In this document: one piece after another, positions 13,189-22,561 of the stretch | Layout: each line of letters opens with the position of its first letter | Numbering within the stretch: the first letter of the stretch is position 1 | DNA from: an uncultured Acidobacteriota bacterium | Lineage (GTDB): Bacteria > Acidobacteriota > Thermoanaerobaculia > Multivoradales > UBA5704 | Assembly: GCA_963700145.1 (NCBI GenBank) | Contig: OY969474.1 | Span: 1,184,001-1,248,000, forward strand | DNA length: 64,000 nt | Reading direction: 5' to 3' | The notes under the pieces: generated by a model | Seen by the model: only the letters and a program-made list of their open reading frames with translations | The model's database searches: none | What the model was told of the DNA's origin: nothing | Position numbers and translations under genes: made by a program

Positions 13189-14346
13189 ATGGCCGACGAA
13201 CGCTGGGTCGAGCTGGGAGACGTCGAGGAGCTCAAGCACCCGCCCTTGCGGCAGGTCACGATCGGCCGCACCCGCATCGCGCTCTCCTGGCGGGACGGCC
13301 GCTTCGGCGCCGTCTCCGGCGCCTGCAACCACGTCGGCGGGCCGCTCGGTGAGGGGACGCTCGACGGCGACTACGTCGTCTGCCCCTGGCACCACTGGAA
13401 GTTCCACCGCGCGACCGGCGAGGGGGAGCCCGGCTTCGAGGCCGACCGCGTGCCGCGCTACGAGCTGCGCGAGGAGGGCGGGAAGCTCCTCGTCAACCTC
13501 GCGCCGGCGACCCGGCGCAACAAGCTGCCGCACGCGCCGCACCCGCTCACCCGGCCGCTCGAGCGGGCGCCGGGGCCGGTGCGCCTCTTGGGGATCTCGA
13601 CGACGGCGATGGACAACGCGTACCCGCGCTACTCGACCTCGGACGCCCTCCTCGAGAGCGCCCTGGCGGCCGCCGGCGAGCACGGCGCCGAGACCAAGCT
13701 CGTGCGCCTGCGCGACCTCCGCTTCCGCGCCTGCGAGGGCTACTACTCGAAGGCCGCCCACGCCTGCACCTGGCCCTGCTCGATCACCGAGATGGACCCG
13801 CAGGACCAGATGGACGCGGTCTACGAGGGGATGGTCCACTGGGGGGACGTGCTGCTGCTCTCGACGCCGATCCGCTGGGGGTCGGCGAGCTCGCTCTTTT
13901 TCAAGATGGCCGAGCGCCTCAACTGCGTGCAGAACCAGGTGACGATCGGCAACCGCGTCCTGCTGCGCAACAAGGTGGCGGCGTTCATCATCACCGGCGG
14001 CCAGGACAACGTCCAGTCAGTGGCCGGGCACCTCCTCGGCTTCTTCGGCGAGCTGGGGTACCTCTTCCCGCAGTTCCCTTACGTCGCCCACAGCCGCGGC
14101 TGGTCGGCCGAGGACATGGAGCGCAACGTCGCCTTCGTGCAGCAGAGCCGCGCGCTGCACGAGGGGGCGGCGGCCCTCGCCCGCCGCGCGGTGGACATGG
14201 CGGGCCTGCTCCTCGCCGCCCACGCCGCCGAGGCGCCGCGGGTCGAGCGCGCCGGCCGCAAGGGGTGCCCGCCGACGATGCACGAGTCCCCGGCCAAGGC
14301 CGCGGCGGAGACCGAAGCGGCCGCCGCCGCGCCCCCCGGCGGCTGA
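13189..14346 (+). CDS. Rieske [2Fe-2S] ferredoxin fused to a flavodoxin / NADPH-dependent FMN reductase domain
   Basis: Rieske motifs CNHVGGPL and CPWHHWKF. Flavodoxin-like part has LLGISTT, ACEGYYSK..CTWPC, STPIRWG and AAFIITGGQDN. GGAGGAGG RBS before ATG 13189. Confidence 0.85.
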   Translation: MADERWVELGDVEELKHPPLRQVTIGRTRIALSWRDGRFGAVSGACNHVGGPLGEGTLDGDYVVCPWHHWKFHRATGEGEPGFEADRVPRYELREEGGKLLVNLAPATRRNKLPHAPHPLTRPLERAPGPVRLLGISTTAMDNAYPRYSTSDALLESALAAAGEHGAETKLVRLRDLRFRACEGYYSKAAHACTWPCSITEMDPQDQMDAVYEGMVHWGDVLLLSTPIRWGSASSLFFKMAERLNCVQNQVTIGNRVLLRNKVAAFIITGGQDNVQSVAGHLLGFFGELGYLFPQFPYVAHSRGWSAEDMERNVAFVQQSRALHEGAAALARRAVDMAGLLLAAHAAEAPRVERAGRKGCPPTMHESPAKAAAETEAAAAAPPGG

Positions 14347-14449
14347 GCAACCATCCCGCCTTCCGGCGGGACATACCGGGTGCGGCGTAAATTTTCCCCG
14401 CCCCGGCTGTTACGAAACGGCCGTCCGGCGCGTAGTAAAGGACGAGAGG

Positions 14450-14710
14450 ATGCGCACCTCCCCCGACGCCCCCCGCGAGCGGCGCCCCCGGCGCCCGGCC
14501 GCCCCCCGCCCCGAAGTCGTGGCGGAGGTGGCGCGGGAGTGTCTGCGCCGCGAGCGCGAGCGGGCCGCCGCGCCCGACCCCTCCCCCGTCCCGGCGGTGC
14601 CGCGCGCCACTCGCGAGCCCTGGAGCCGGCGCAAGCGCCCCACCGGCTCGGCGCCGACGATCGAGCTGATCCGCTCGCTCGCCCGCGGCGAGCGCACCCG
14701 CCAGCAGTGA
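14450..14710 (+). CDS. Small hypothetical protein
   Basis: Purine-rich sequence upstream of the ATG; its stop overlaps the GTG of the next gene (GTGA). Confidence 0.45.
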   Translation: MRTSPDAPRERRPRRPAAPRPEVVAEVARECLRRERERAAAPDPSPVPAVPRATREPWSRRKRPTGSAPTIELIRSLARGERTRQQ

Positions 14711-16242
14711 CGGCGGCGGCCCCCCGCGCCGCGGGGCGCCGTCTCGAGCCGGCCCTCTTCGCCCTCTTCGTCCTGCTCTACCTGCTGCCCCTCTGGGCGG
14801 TCGAGCGGGTGCCCACCAACGACGGCCCCAGCCACCTCTACAACGCCTGGCTGCTGCGCGAGCTGGCCTGGGGAGACCCCCACCCGGCCCTCGACGCCGC
14901 CTTCGACGTCCGCGCCGAGCCGATCCCCAACTGGCTCGGCCACGCCGCGCTCGCCCTGCTGATGGGCGTCGTTTCGCCGGCGACCGCCGAGAAGCTCCTG
15001 CTGTCGGCCTGCATCGTCCTCTTCCTGCTCGCCCTCCGCTACCTCGCCGGCAGCGTCGAGCCGGAGGCCCGCCGCTACGCCTGGCTCGGCTTCCCGCTGG
15101 CCTACAACTTCCTCTTCCAGGTCGGCTTCACCAACTACTGCTTCGGCCTCGGCCTGGCGATGCTGGCGGTCGGGGTGTGGTGGCGGCGGCGCGAGCGGCC
15201 GGGGCCCGCCACCGCGCTCCTGCTCAACCTGCTCCTCCTCCTGGCGTACTTCGCCCACGTCCTCGCCCTCGCCCTGGCGCTCGGGGCGATCGGGGTGCTC
15301 TGGCTGCTGACGCTGCGCCGCGCCGGCTGGCGCCGGCACCTCTTGCACCTGGCGATCCTGGCGCCGCAGGCGCTCCTCCCGCTCTGGTTCCTGGCCACGC
15401 GCTCGCTCGCCCCGGTCGGCCGGGAGTGGGCCGGCGAGCAGCTCTGGGGGTACCTCCTGGGGCTCGAGGTGCTGTGGACCTTCGACCGCAGCCAGCTGCC
15501 GCTGGGCCGGGCGCTCGCCCTGCTCTGGGGCGGGCTGGCGCTCGCCACGCTGCTGTGCGAGAACGTGGACTGGGCGCGGCGGCGGCCCCGCGTGCGCCCG
15601 GCCGACGCGTTCCTCCTCCTCGCCGTCCTGGCGGTCGCCCTCTACGCCTGGGCGCCGCCGGGGCTCGCCGGCGGCATCCTCGTCAAACCGCGGCTGAGCC
15701 TCGTCCCCTACCTCTTCCTGGTCCCCTGGTTCTCGCCGCGGCTGGGACGGTGGCTCGAGCGCCTGGCGGCGCCGGCCTTCGTCCTCCTCGCCGCCGGCGT
15801 CCTGGTCTGCCAGCTCCGCGGGTACCGCCGCCTCGACGGCGAGATGCGGGCCTTCCTCCGCCCGCTCGCGGCCGTGCCGCGGCACGCGCGCTTCGTGCCG
15901 CTGCTCTTCCAGCGCCGCCGGCCGGAGGCGCGGGTGGCCCCCCTCTACCACGCCGCCGCCTACGCCGCGCTCGAGCGCGAGCTGGTCGACTGGGGCAACT
16001 ACGAAGCCGGCACCGACCACTTCCCCGTCCGCTTCGCCCCCGGCCTGCCGCGGCCGGACATCTGGACCCTGGAGACCCGGCCGATCGGCTACCGCGTCGG
16101 CGTCCACCGCGACCGCGTGGACGCCGTCTACACCTGGCACCTCCCCGCCGGCAGCGCCGTCGCGCGGCGCCTCCGCCGCGACTACGACCTGGTGCGCGAG
16201 GAGGGCCCGGGGCGGGTCTACCTCCGCAAAGGGCTAAGATAG
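14707..16242 (+). CDS. Polytopic membrane protein, possible GT-C-type glycosyltransferase
   Basis: About 10-12 hydrophobic helices with an acidic motif PTNDGPSHLYNA after TM1 and a soluble C-terminal domain. Confidence 0.6.
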   Translation: MTAAAPRAAGRRLEPALFALFVLLYLLPLWAVERVPTNDGPSHLYNAWLLRELAWGDPHPALDAAFDVRAEPIPNWLGHAALALLMGVVSPATAEKLLLSACIVLFLLALRYLAGSVEPEARRYAWLGFPLAYNFLFQVGFTNYCFGLGLAMLAVGVWWRRRERPGPATALLLNLLLLLAYFAHVLALALALGAIGVLWLLTLRRAGWRRHLLHLAILAPQALLPLWFLATRSLAPVGREWAGEQLWGYLLGLEVLWTFDRSQLPLGRALALLWGGLALATLLCENVDWARRRPRVRPADAFLLLAVLAVALYAWAPPGLAGGILVKPRLSLVPYLFLVPWFSPRLGRWLERLAAPAFVLLAAGVLVCQLRGYRRLDGEMRAFLRPLAAVPRHARFVPLLFQRRRPEARVAPLYHAAAYAALERELVDWGNYEAGTDHFPVRFAPGLPRPDIWTLETRPIGYRVGVHRDRVDAVYTWHLPAGSAVARRLRRDYDLVREEGPGRVYLRKGLR

Positions 16243-16270
16243 GCGCCTCGCCGCGCCGCCGGTCCCGCCG

Positions 16271-17080
16271 ATGTACGACCACTTCTACGGCTTCCACCAG
16301 CCCCCCTTCAACCTGACGCCCGACCCGCGCTTCCTCTTCTACAGCGAGCGCCACCGGGAGGCTTTCCACCACCTCCTCTTCGGCATCCAGGAGCGGAAGG
16401 GGTTCATCCAGCTCACCGGCGAGGTGGGGGCGGGCAAGACGACGATCTGCCGCGCCCTGCTCGAGGAGCTGGGCCCGGCCTACAAGACGGCCCTGATCTT
16501 GAATCCCTGCCTGACCAGCTCGCAGCTCCTGCGGGCGATCCTCACCGAGCTCGGCATGGCGGCCGGGAGGGTGGACCGGGCGACCGGCCTCGAGATGCTC
16601 AACCGCTTCCTCCTCGAACAGGTGGCCGCCGGCCACGACGTCGTGCTGCTGATCGACGAGGCGCAGGACCTCGAGCCCGAGCTGCTCGAGCAGGTGCGCC
16701 TGCTCTCGAACCTCGAGACCGACCAGCGCAAGCTCCTCCAGATCGTCCTCGTCGGCCAGCCCGAGCTGCGCGACCGCCTCGAGGAGCGGGGGCTGCGCCA
16801 GCTGCGTCAGCGGATCACCGTCCGCTACCACCTGACCCCGCTGTCGCGCGGCGAGACCGAGCAGTACATCCGCCACCGCCTGCTGGTGGCCGGCGGCAAC
16901 GGCCGGCCGACCTTCGACCGCTGGGCGCTGCGCGGCGTCTGGCGCTACTCCCGCGGCGTGCCGCGGCTGATCAACGCCGTCTGCGACAAGGCCCTGCTCT
17001 GCGGCTTCGTCGCCGGGACTGACCACCTGACCGGCAAGCACGTGCGGCGGGCGGTGCGCGAGCTGGAGGGGAAGCTGTGA
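16271..17080 (+). CDS. ExeA/GspA-family AAA ATPase
   Basis: MYDHFYGF..PPF.LTPDPRFLF, Walker A GEVGAGKTT, Walker B LLIDEAQ, LVGQPEL, QLRQRI, GVPRLIN..CD.ALL. Confidence 0.9.
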   Translation: MYDHFYGFHQPPFNLTPDPRFLFYSERHREAFHHLLFGIQERKGFIQLTGEVGAGKTTICRALLEELGPAYKTALILNPCLTSSQLLRAILTELGMAAGRVDRATGLEMLNRFLLEQVAAGHDVVLLIDEAQDLEPELLEQVRLLSNLETDQRKLLQIVLVGQPELRDRLEERGLRQLRQRITVRYHLTPLSRGETEQYIRHRLLVAGGNGRPTFDRWALRGVWRYSRGVPRLINAVCDKALLCGFVAGTDHLTGKHVRRAVRELEGKL

Positions 17081-17090
17081 GGGAGCGGCG

Positions 17091-17834
17091 ATGAGCCTGA
17101 TCGACGAGGCCCTGAAGCGCGCCCGCGAGCAGGCGGAGCGGGAGAGCGCGGCGCAGCGCAGCGCCGCCAGCCGCTGGGTGCCGGCCTACCCGCTGGCGCG
17201 GCGCCGCTCGCGCGGCCTGGTCTGGGCCGGGCTGGCCGCGGCCTGCCTCCTCCTGGGCGTCGGCGCCGGCCTCCTCGCCTCCCGCTTCTCCGGCGGCGAG
17301 GAGCGGGCTGGCGGCATCGAGGTGCCGGGCGGGACGCCCGAGGAGGGCGGCGAGGGCGGGCTGCCGACCGCGGCGGGGGCCGTGCTCATGGAAGACACGA
17401 CCGGGACGACCGACCTCTCGACCGATCTCCCCGGCTTCCCCTTCGTGGAGCCGCTGACCGAGCCGCCGGCGGACGGGGGCCTGGAGCCGCGGCTGGTGCC
17501 GGTGCCGGTGCCCGAGAGGGTGCCGCCACCCGCCCCGCCGGGCCTCGAGCCGGTGCCGCCGCCCCAGGCCGAGCCCGAGCCCATCGAGCCGCCGGCCCCC
17601 AGCGGCGCCGCCGCGGACGGCGCCGAGACCCACGTCCGCCGCGCCCCGGTGCCCGGCGGCGGCTGGATCCAGCTCGGCGGTATCGCCTTCTCGGCCGACC
17701 AGCCGGTCGCCCTGCTCAACGGCCGGGTGGCGAGCGTCGGGGAGGTAGTCGAGGGCTTCACCGTGATCTCGATCGCGCCCCGGCGGGTCGAGCTGCGCGG
17801 CCACGGCACGACCATCGTCCTGACCCTCGATTAG
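17091..17834 (+). CDS. ExeB/GspB-like membrane protein
   Basis: MSLIDEALKRA start, one TM helix, Pro-rich linker and C-terminal LGGIAFS....ALLNG....GE.VEG domain; directly follows the ExeA-like gene. Confidence 0.75.
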   Translation: MSLIDEALKRAREQAERESAAQRSAASRWVPAYPLARRRSRGLVWAGLAAACLLLGVGAGLLASRFSGGEERAGGIEVPGGTPEEGGEGGLPTAAGAVLMEDTTGTTDLSTDLPGFPFVEPLTEPPADGGLEPRLVPVPVPERVPPPAPPGLEPVPPPQAEPEPIEPPAPSGAAADGAETHVRRAPVPGGGWIQLGGIAFSADQPVALLNGRVASVGEVVEGFTVISIAPRRVELRGHGTTIVLTLD

Positions 17835-17851
17835 GCCGGCTCCCCTCGCCC

Positions 17852-17941
17852 TGTCATCCCGAGCGTAGCGAGGGATCTGGGCGGGGGCGAGTTGCGTTCA
17901 CCTTCCCTGCCCCCAGATTCCTCGCTTCGCTCGGAATGACA
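17852..17941. repeat. REP-like extragenic palindromic element
   Basis: Arms TGTCATCCCGAGCGTAGCGAGGGATCTGGG and CCCAGATTCCTCGCTTCGCTCGGAATGACA form an imperfect inverted repeat of about 30 bp in an intergenic gap. Confidence 0.75.
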
Positions 17942-17989
17942 GAGCACGGAGGTCTGTTCTGTGGGGGGAACCGGCCCCCTCTCTCCTTT

Positions 17990-18817
17990 ATGGTCTGCCC
18001 TCACCGCCAGCGCTTCGAGGCGCTCGTGCTGCGTCCGGAGCGCGAGATCGACCTCGGCGAGGCGGCGTTCCTGATCGCCGCCGAGGGCTGCCCGGGGCTC
18101 GACGTCGACGGCTGGCTGGCCCGCCTCGACGCGCTGGCCGAGGACCTGCGGCCGCGCCTCGAAGGCGTGACCTGCGACTTCGAGCGCCTCGCCGCGCTCC
18201 TCGACTTCGTCTACGGCGACCTCGGCCTGCGCGGCAACGACACCGAGTACTACGACCCCCGCAACAGCTTCTTGAACGAGGTGCTCGAGCGGCGCCTCGG
18301 CATCCCGCTCTCGCTCGCCGTCGTCTGCATGGAGATCGGCCGGCGGGTAGGTGTGCCGCTCGTCGGCGTCGGCTTCCCGGGCCACTTCCTCCTCCGCCAC
18401 GCCCGCCACCCGCAGATCGTTCTCGACCCCTTCGACGCCGGCCGCTTCCTGACCGCCGACGACTGCGCCGAGCTGCTGGCGCGGGTGAGCGGCGGCGCCG
18501 TGCCCTTCCACCCGCGGCTGCTGCGGCCGCTCTCGACGCGCCAGGTCCTGCTGCGCATGCTCTGCAACCTGCGCGGCATCTACGCCATCCGCTGCGCCGC
18601 GCGCCCCCTGCTCTCGGTGCTCGACCGCATCCTCCTCCTCGCCCCCGCCGACGCCGAGCCCCGCCGCGAGCGCGGCCTGGTGCGCCTCCACGCCGGCGAC
18701 TTCTGCGGCGCCGTCGAAGACCTCGAGCTGTACCTCGCCACCGCCTCCGAAGTCCCCGACGCCCGCGGCCTCACCGAGCTGGTCGTCGAGGCGCGGCGGC
18801 TGCTGGCCGTCAACTAG
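17990..18817 (+). CDS. SirB1 / transglutaminase-like protein with TPR C-terminus
   Basis: GN..EYYDPRNSFLNEVLERRLGIPLSL, GVGFPGHFL, DPFDAG, RML.NL, RERGL, DLELYL. Confidence 0.88.
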   Translation: MVCPHRQRFEALVLRPEREIDLGEAAFLIAAEGCPGLDVDGWLARLDALAEDLRPRLEGVTCDFERLAALLDFVYGDLGLRGNDTEYYDPRNSFLNEVLERRLGIPLSLAVVCMEIGRRVGVPLVGVGFPGHFLLRHARHPQIVLDPFDAGRFLTADDCAELLARVSGGAVPFHPRLLRPLSTRQVLLRMLCNLRGIYAIRCAARPLLSVLDRILLLAPADAEPRRERGLVRLHAGDFCGAVEDLELYLATASEVPDARGLTELVVEARRLLAVN

Positions 18818-18844
18818 AGGCGCGCTCCCCTCGCGGCCGTCCCG

Positions 18845-19846
18845 ATGAGACCCGGCCGCAGGCGGGCGTCTTGGCTGGCGATCGGCGCGCTCCTCGCGGC
18901 CTGTCCGCTCCTGGCGGCACCGCCGCGCGGCGCGGCGGTGGCGGGGTGGAAGCTCACGCTCGCACAAGGGGAGGAGGCGGCTTCGGTGGTCAAGGTCTGG
19001 AACCACTGCCGGGCGCCGTTCCACTACAAGGTCTCGGCGCCGAAGACGCCGTTCGCGCGGCTCGATCTGGGCGCCGACCGCCTGCGGGTCGAAGCGGGCA
19101 AGACGGCGGACGTGGAGGTCGTCTTCGCGGCCGCCGGGCTGGCGGCCGGGGTCTACAAAGGGGAAGTGCTCGTCGAGTGCCTGGACTGCGCGAAGCGGCG
19201 CACCTTCGTCGAGGAGACCGAGGACTGGGTGGCGCTCCGCACCTGCGAGAGCCCGCGGCAGCGCTTCCCGGTCGAGATGACGGTCGTCGCCGCTCCGGCG
19301 CCCCCTCCGCCGCCGCCCCCGGCGAGCGAAGTGCGCAACATCGACCTGGCGATGCGCGACCGCATGGCGGACGCGCTGGCCCGCCTCGCCGGCAAGCGCG
19401 GGCTGACGGTCGTCCCCGAGAGCCTGGCGGTTCTCTCGCTGCCCGCGGGGGGCCTGGTGGCGGGGGTGCGGGTGGCCGGGCTCGAGACGCGGACCGCGGC
19501 GGAGCTCGCCGCCGGTGCCGAGGTGATGTTCCTCCGCCTGGACCTGCCGGCGCCGGCGGGCGGCGAGGCGATCCCCGCCGGGGAGTACGCGCTCTCCGTC
19601 CGCCTTCCGCGTGCCGGCAGCGGCATCTCCAGCACCGCCCTGCTTCTGGACCCGCAGGGCACCGCCGTCCGCGAGCTGCCGCTCACCACCGAGCGGCTGC
19701 CCGGCGGCGGCACGGTCTACGCCGCCTCCCTCGCGCCCGACCTCCTCTTGCCGGTCTGGTGCTCCGGCGCGGCCTCCCCCGCCCCCACACTCTGGCGCGG
19801 CTGGCCGCTCCGTTGCCTGCCCGTCGGCTTGTCCGCAGCGCCCTGA
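18845..19846 (+). CDS. Secreted hypothetical protein
   Basis: Signal-peptide-like N-terminus, beta-rich Cys-containing domain, Pro linker and host-like codon usage. Confidence 0.6.
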   Translation: MRPGRRRASWLAIGALLAACPLLAAPPRGAAVAGWKLTLAQGEEAASVVKVWNHCRAPFHYKVSAPKTPFARLDLGADRLRVEAGKTADVEVVFAAAGLAAGVYKGEVLVECLDCAKRRTFVEETEDWVALRTCESPRQRFPVEMTVVAAPAPPPPPPPASEVRNIDLAMRDRMADALARLAGKRGLTVVPESLAVLSLPAGGLVAGVRVAGLETRTAAELAAGAEVMFLRLDLPAPAGGEAIPAGEYALSVRLPRAGSGISSTALLLDPQGTAVRELPLTTERLPGGGTVYAASLAPDLLLPVWCSGAASPAPTLWRGWPLRCLPVGLSAAP

Positions 19847-19889
19847 AGGGTCCTCGCCCACCAGCCAATCCGCGAGCTGCCCGAGAGGA

Positions 19890-21698
19890 CTACTGGAACA
19901 TGCCGCTGAGCCGAGCCAGGTTCCGCCGGGCTTCTTTCCAATACTCTGCCGCCACGGGTCCCAGTGGCAGAGTTGGAAGGAGGCCGTCGATCTCGTCCGC
20001 GCGGCGCGATAGATCCTTGACTTTGACCTCGAGCACTTTGTTGTCCGCTTCGCGGCCGCCTCGATTGAGTCGCAGCATTCCCTTGACGTTGGCCTTCATG
20101 CCCGCGATTCCGGTGCCCGTCGCCTTGCGGAACTCCCTCCGTGTGGACTGTGATGCCTCGCCGAACGCGTTGAGCTTCGTCCAGAGCTGATTTCCTTCGT
20201 GCCCTGCTTCCTCCCCTTCGTAGGCTTCGAGGGTCTGTTCGCTCAGTCGCTCGACATTGACGATCAGATCGTTCATCTGGTTGAACTGGTCCACGCCGGC
20301 AGGCGACGCCGGCTCGGGGCGCGGAGCGACGGGCGGAGGCTCGGCCGGAGGCGCTTGTACCTCGGCGGTCTCTGCCGGAGCGGGAGGCGACTCGACGGCG
20401 CTCCGCGTCCGCGCCTTGTCGAGCGCGGGGCGCTGAGCCGGCAATGGCCGCGCCTGCTCCCAGCGAGCCGCGTCGGCTGATTCGGCGGGCGGCGGAGGAG
20501 ACTGCGGCACCGGCGTCGAGCCCTGAAGATTGGCGGTCGGTACCGCGGCCCCCGGCGGCACTCCGGCCACCAAGGGGGACTCGAGGGAAGCTGCGGCTGG
20601 GACTGGGGCCCCACCGGCCGTTCCGGCCGGCGGCGTGCTCGATTCTGCTGTCGCGGGAGGCGCCGTATCGTTGCTGTCGCTCGACGACGCCATCAGGACG
20701 AAAATTCCGAAGCCCAGACCCACCGCGAGCACGGCCGCCGCCCCGAGCACGATCCAGCGGTTTTTCCCGTGGAGTCTTCCGGATGCCGGCGCCGCAGCAG
20801 CTGCAGCCGGCGCCGCTTGGAGGGCCGGTTCCAGGGTCGTCGCGCGATAGGCGGGCGCCGGCGCCGCCCAACCGGCGCTCGCGGGCATCGCCTCCTGCAG
20901 GGCGCGAAGGAAGGCGCCGGCGCTTGGGAAGCGTTCGTCCGGGGCCTTGCTCAAAGCGGTCGCGGTCGCCCGCACCGCCTCCTCGGGGACCTCAGGCGCG
21001 AGAGCGGCGAGGTCGGGTGGCGGAGCTTCGACGTGCAGCTTCTTGATCTCGTACTCCGTCTCGCCGTCGAAAGGCGGCCGGCCGGCCAGCATCTCGTAGA
21101 GCACCACCGCCGCGCTGTAGATATCGGTGCGATGGTCCACCGAGCGCGGTCGCAGGATCTGCTCGGGCGACATGTACGTCGGTGTGCCGATGGCGGAGTG
21201 GGAAGCGGTCAGCCGCTTGTCGCCGATCAGGAGAGCGATCCCGAAGTCTGCCAACTTCACCCGGCCGTCGGCGGTGATCATGACGTTGGAGGGCTTGATG
21301 TCCCGATGGATGATCCCTTCGGAGTGCGCATAGTCGAGCGCGCTGAGCACCTGCCCGAAGATTCCGAGCGCCAGTCGCGTATCCATGGCCCGGCCGGCCT
21401 GCGCCTGGAGATAATCGTCCAAGCCCTGGCCGGCGACGAGCTCCATGACGATGAAGTACTCGCCCGCGTCTTCGAGGAGGTCGTAGACGGCAGTGATGTT
21501 GGGATGCTGCAGGCGGGCCTGCGTCTTGGCCTCCGAGAAGAACCTCTCCTTGAACTCCGGCTGCTGCGTCAGCTCGGGAGCGAGCACTTTGATGGCCACC
21601 GGACGTCCGAGGTGCTCGTGAACTCCGCGGTAGACAACACCCATTCCGCCGCGCCCCAAGGCCGCTTCAATTCGGTACTGCCCGACGTGCGTCCGCAT
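19890..21698 (-). CDS. Hanks-type Ser/Thr protein kinase (RD class) with one TM helix and an extracytoplasmic helical domain
   Basis: LGRGGMGVVY, VAIK, HRDIKPSN, DFG, GTPTYMSPE, DIYS; TM WIVLGAAAVLAVGLGFGIFVLM. Confidence 0.95.
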   Translation of the reverse strand: MRTHVGQYRIEAALGRGGMGVVYRGVHEHLGRPVAIKVLAPELTQQPEFKERFFSEAKTQARLQHPNITAVYDLLEDAGEYFIVMELVAGQGLDDYLQAQAGRAMDTRLALGIFGQVLSALDYAHSEGIIHRDIKPSNVMITADGRVKLADFGIALLIGDKRLTASHSAIGTPTYMSPEQILRPRSVDHRTDIYSAAVVLYEMLAGRPPFDGETEYEIKKLHVEAPPPDLAALAPEVPEEAVRATATALSKAPDERFPSAGAFLRALQEAMPASAGWAAPAPAYRATTLEPALQAAPAAAAAAPASGRLHGKNRWIVLGAAAVLAVGLGFGIFVLMASSSDSNDTAPPATAESSTPPAGTAGGAPVPAAASLESPLVAGVPPGAAVPTANLQGSTPVPQSPPPPAESADAARWEQARPLPAQRPALDKARTRSAVESPPAPAETAEVQAPPAEPPPVAPRPEPASPAGVDQFNQMNDLIVNVERLSEQTLEAYEGEEAGHEGNQLWTKLNAFGEASQSTRREFRKATGTGIAGMKANVKGMLRLNRGGREADNKVLEVKVKDLSRRADEIDGLLPTLPLGPVAAEYWKEARRNLARLSGMFQ

Positions 21699-21742
21699 GA
21701 AACTTCCTCCCTTCTTCCCAGCTGCCAATAAAAGGATCGCCG

Positions 21743-22561
21743 CTACTGCTCCACCAACGGAGGTTCCGGCGTCTCATCGTGGCGGGTTTCTTGGCTTCCG
21801 GACGCCGGCTCGGCCGCCTTGGCGGCGGCCTTCTCCGCCTTCGCCCGTCGGCGCCTTCCCTCGGCAATCGCGGTGAGGATGGGATCGCCCGGTTGGTGGC
21901 GTCCCGAGCCGTCGATCAGGGCGACGAAGCGCTCGCGTCCTCCGTGCTCGACGATCACCAGCGGGTAGGGGCTGTCCCACATGCCGGTGTCTTTCCTCGC
22001 CTCGGCGAGATCGCGCCAAGCTACCGACCATCCCTGACGCGACCGGCCATGGGGTGTGAAGACGACGCCGGCGGACGAGATGAGCAGCTTGCCGCTCGAA
22101 CCTGCCGCGAAACCCTCACCGATCCGTGCGTGGCGCACCTTGAAGGAAGCTTCGGCGCGCGGCGGCGGCGCACCGTCCGGCGCGGGGATCCGGACGACCG
22201 GCCGCGGCCCTTCGGGATTCCCGGCGGTCGCGAGCTTGCCCTCCGCTTTCCCTCGCAGCACTCGCGCCCGCGCGGCCACCTCCTCGGGCACCTCGACCCG
22301 TTTGAGCAGGCCATCCAGCTTCTCGATGGCTGTGGCGTAATCGCCGTCGATGAGGAGATCGACAGCGGCATCCAGCTCTTGCTCCCAGTTGGGCGCCTGT
22401 TCGACGATCGACGTGGGCGGCAGCGGCACGGGCTCGCCCGTCGCCCGGGGGCTCTCGCCCTGCCGTGCCGGCAGCGGCGCCGCGGCGACCAGGGTAACGA
22501 GCCACCAGATGGCGGTTGTGGCCGAGATTCCACCGCGGGCGCTCGTTCTCTCCACCTTCAT
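21743..22561 (-). CDS. Secreted hypothetical protein (TPR-like helices plus small beta domain)
   Basis: ATG 22561 overlaps the upstream kinase stop; hydrophobic signal WWLVTLVAAAPLPA; GDYATAIEKLDGLL helix. Confidence 0.6.
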   Translation of the reverse strand: MKVERTSARGGISATTAIWWLVTLVAAAPLPARQGESPRATGEPVPLPPTSIVEQAPNWEQELDAAVDLLIDGDYATAIEKLDGLLKRVEVPEEVAARARVLRGKAEGKLATAGNPEGPRPVVRIPAPDGAPPPRAEASFKVRHARIGEGFAAGSSGKLLISSAGVVFTPHGRSRQGWSVAWRDLAEARKDTGMWDSPYPLVIVEHGGRERFVALIDGSGRHQPGDPILTAIAEGRRRRAKAEKAAAKAAEPASGSQETRHDETPEPPLVEQ

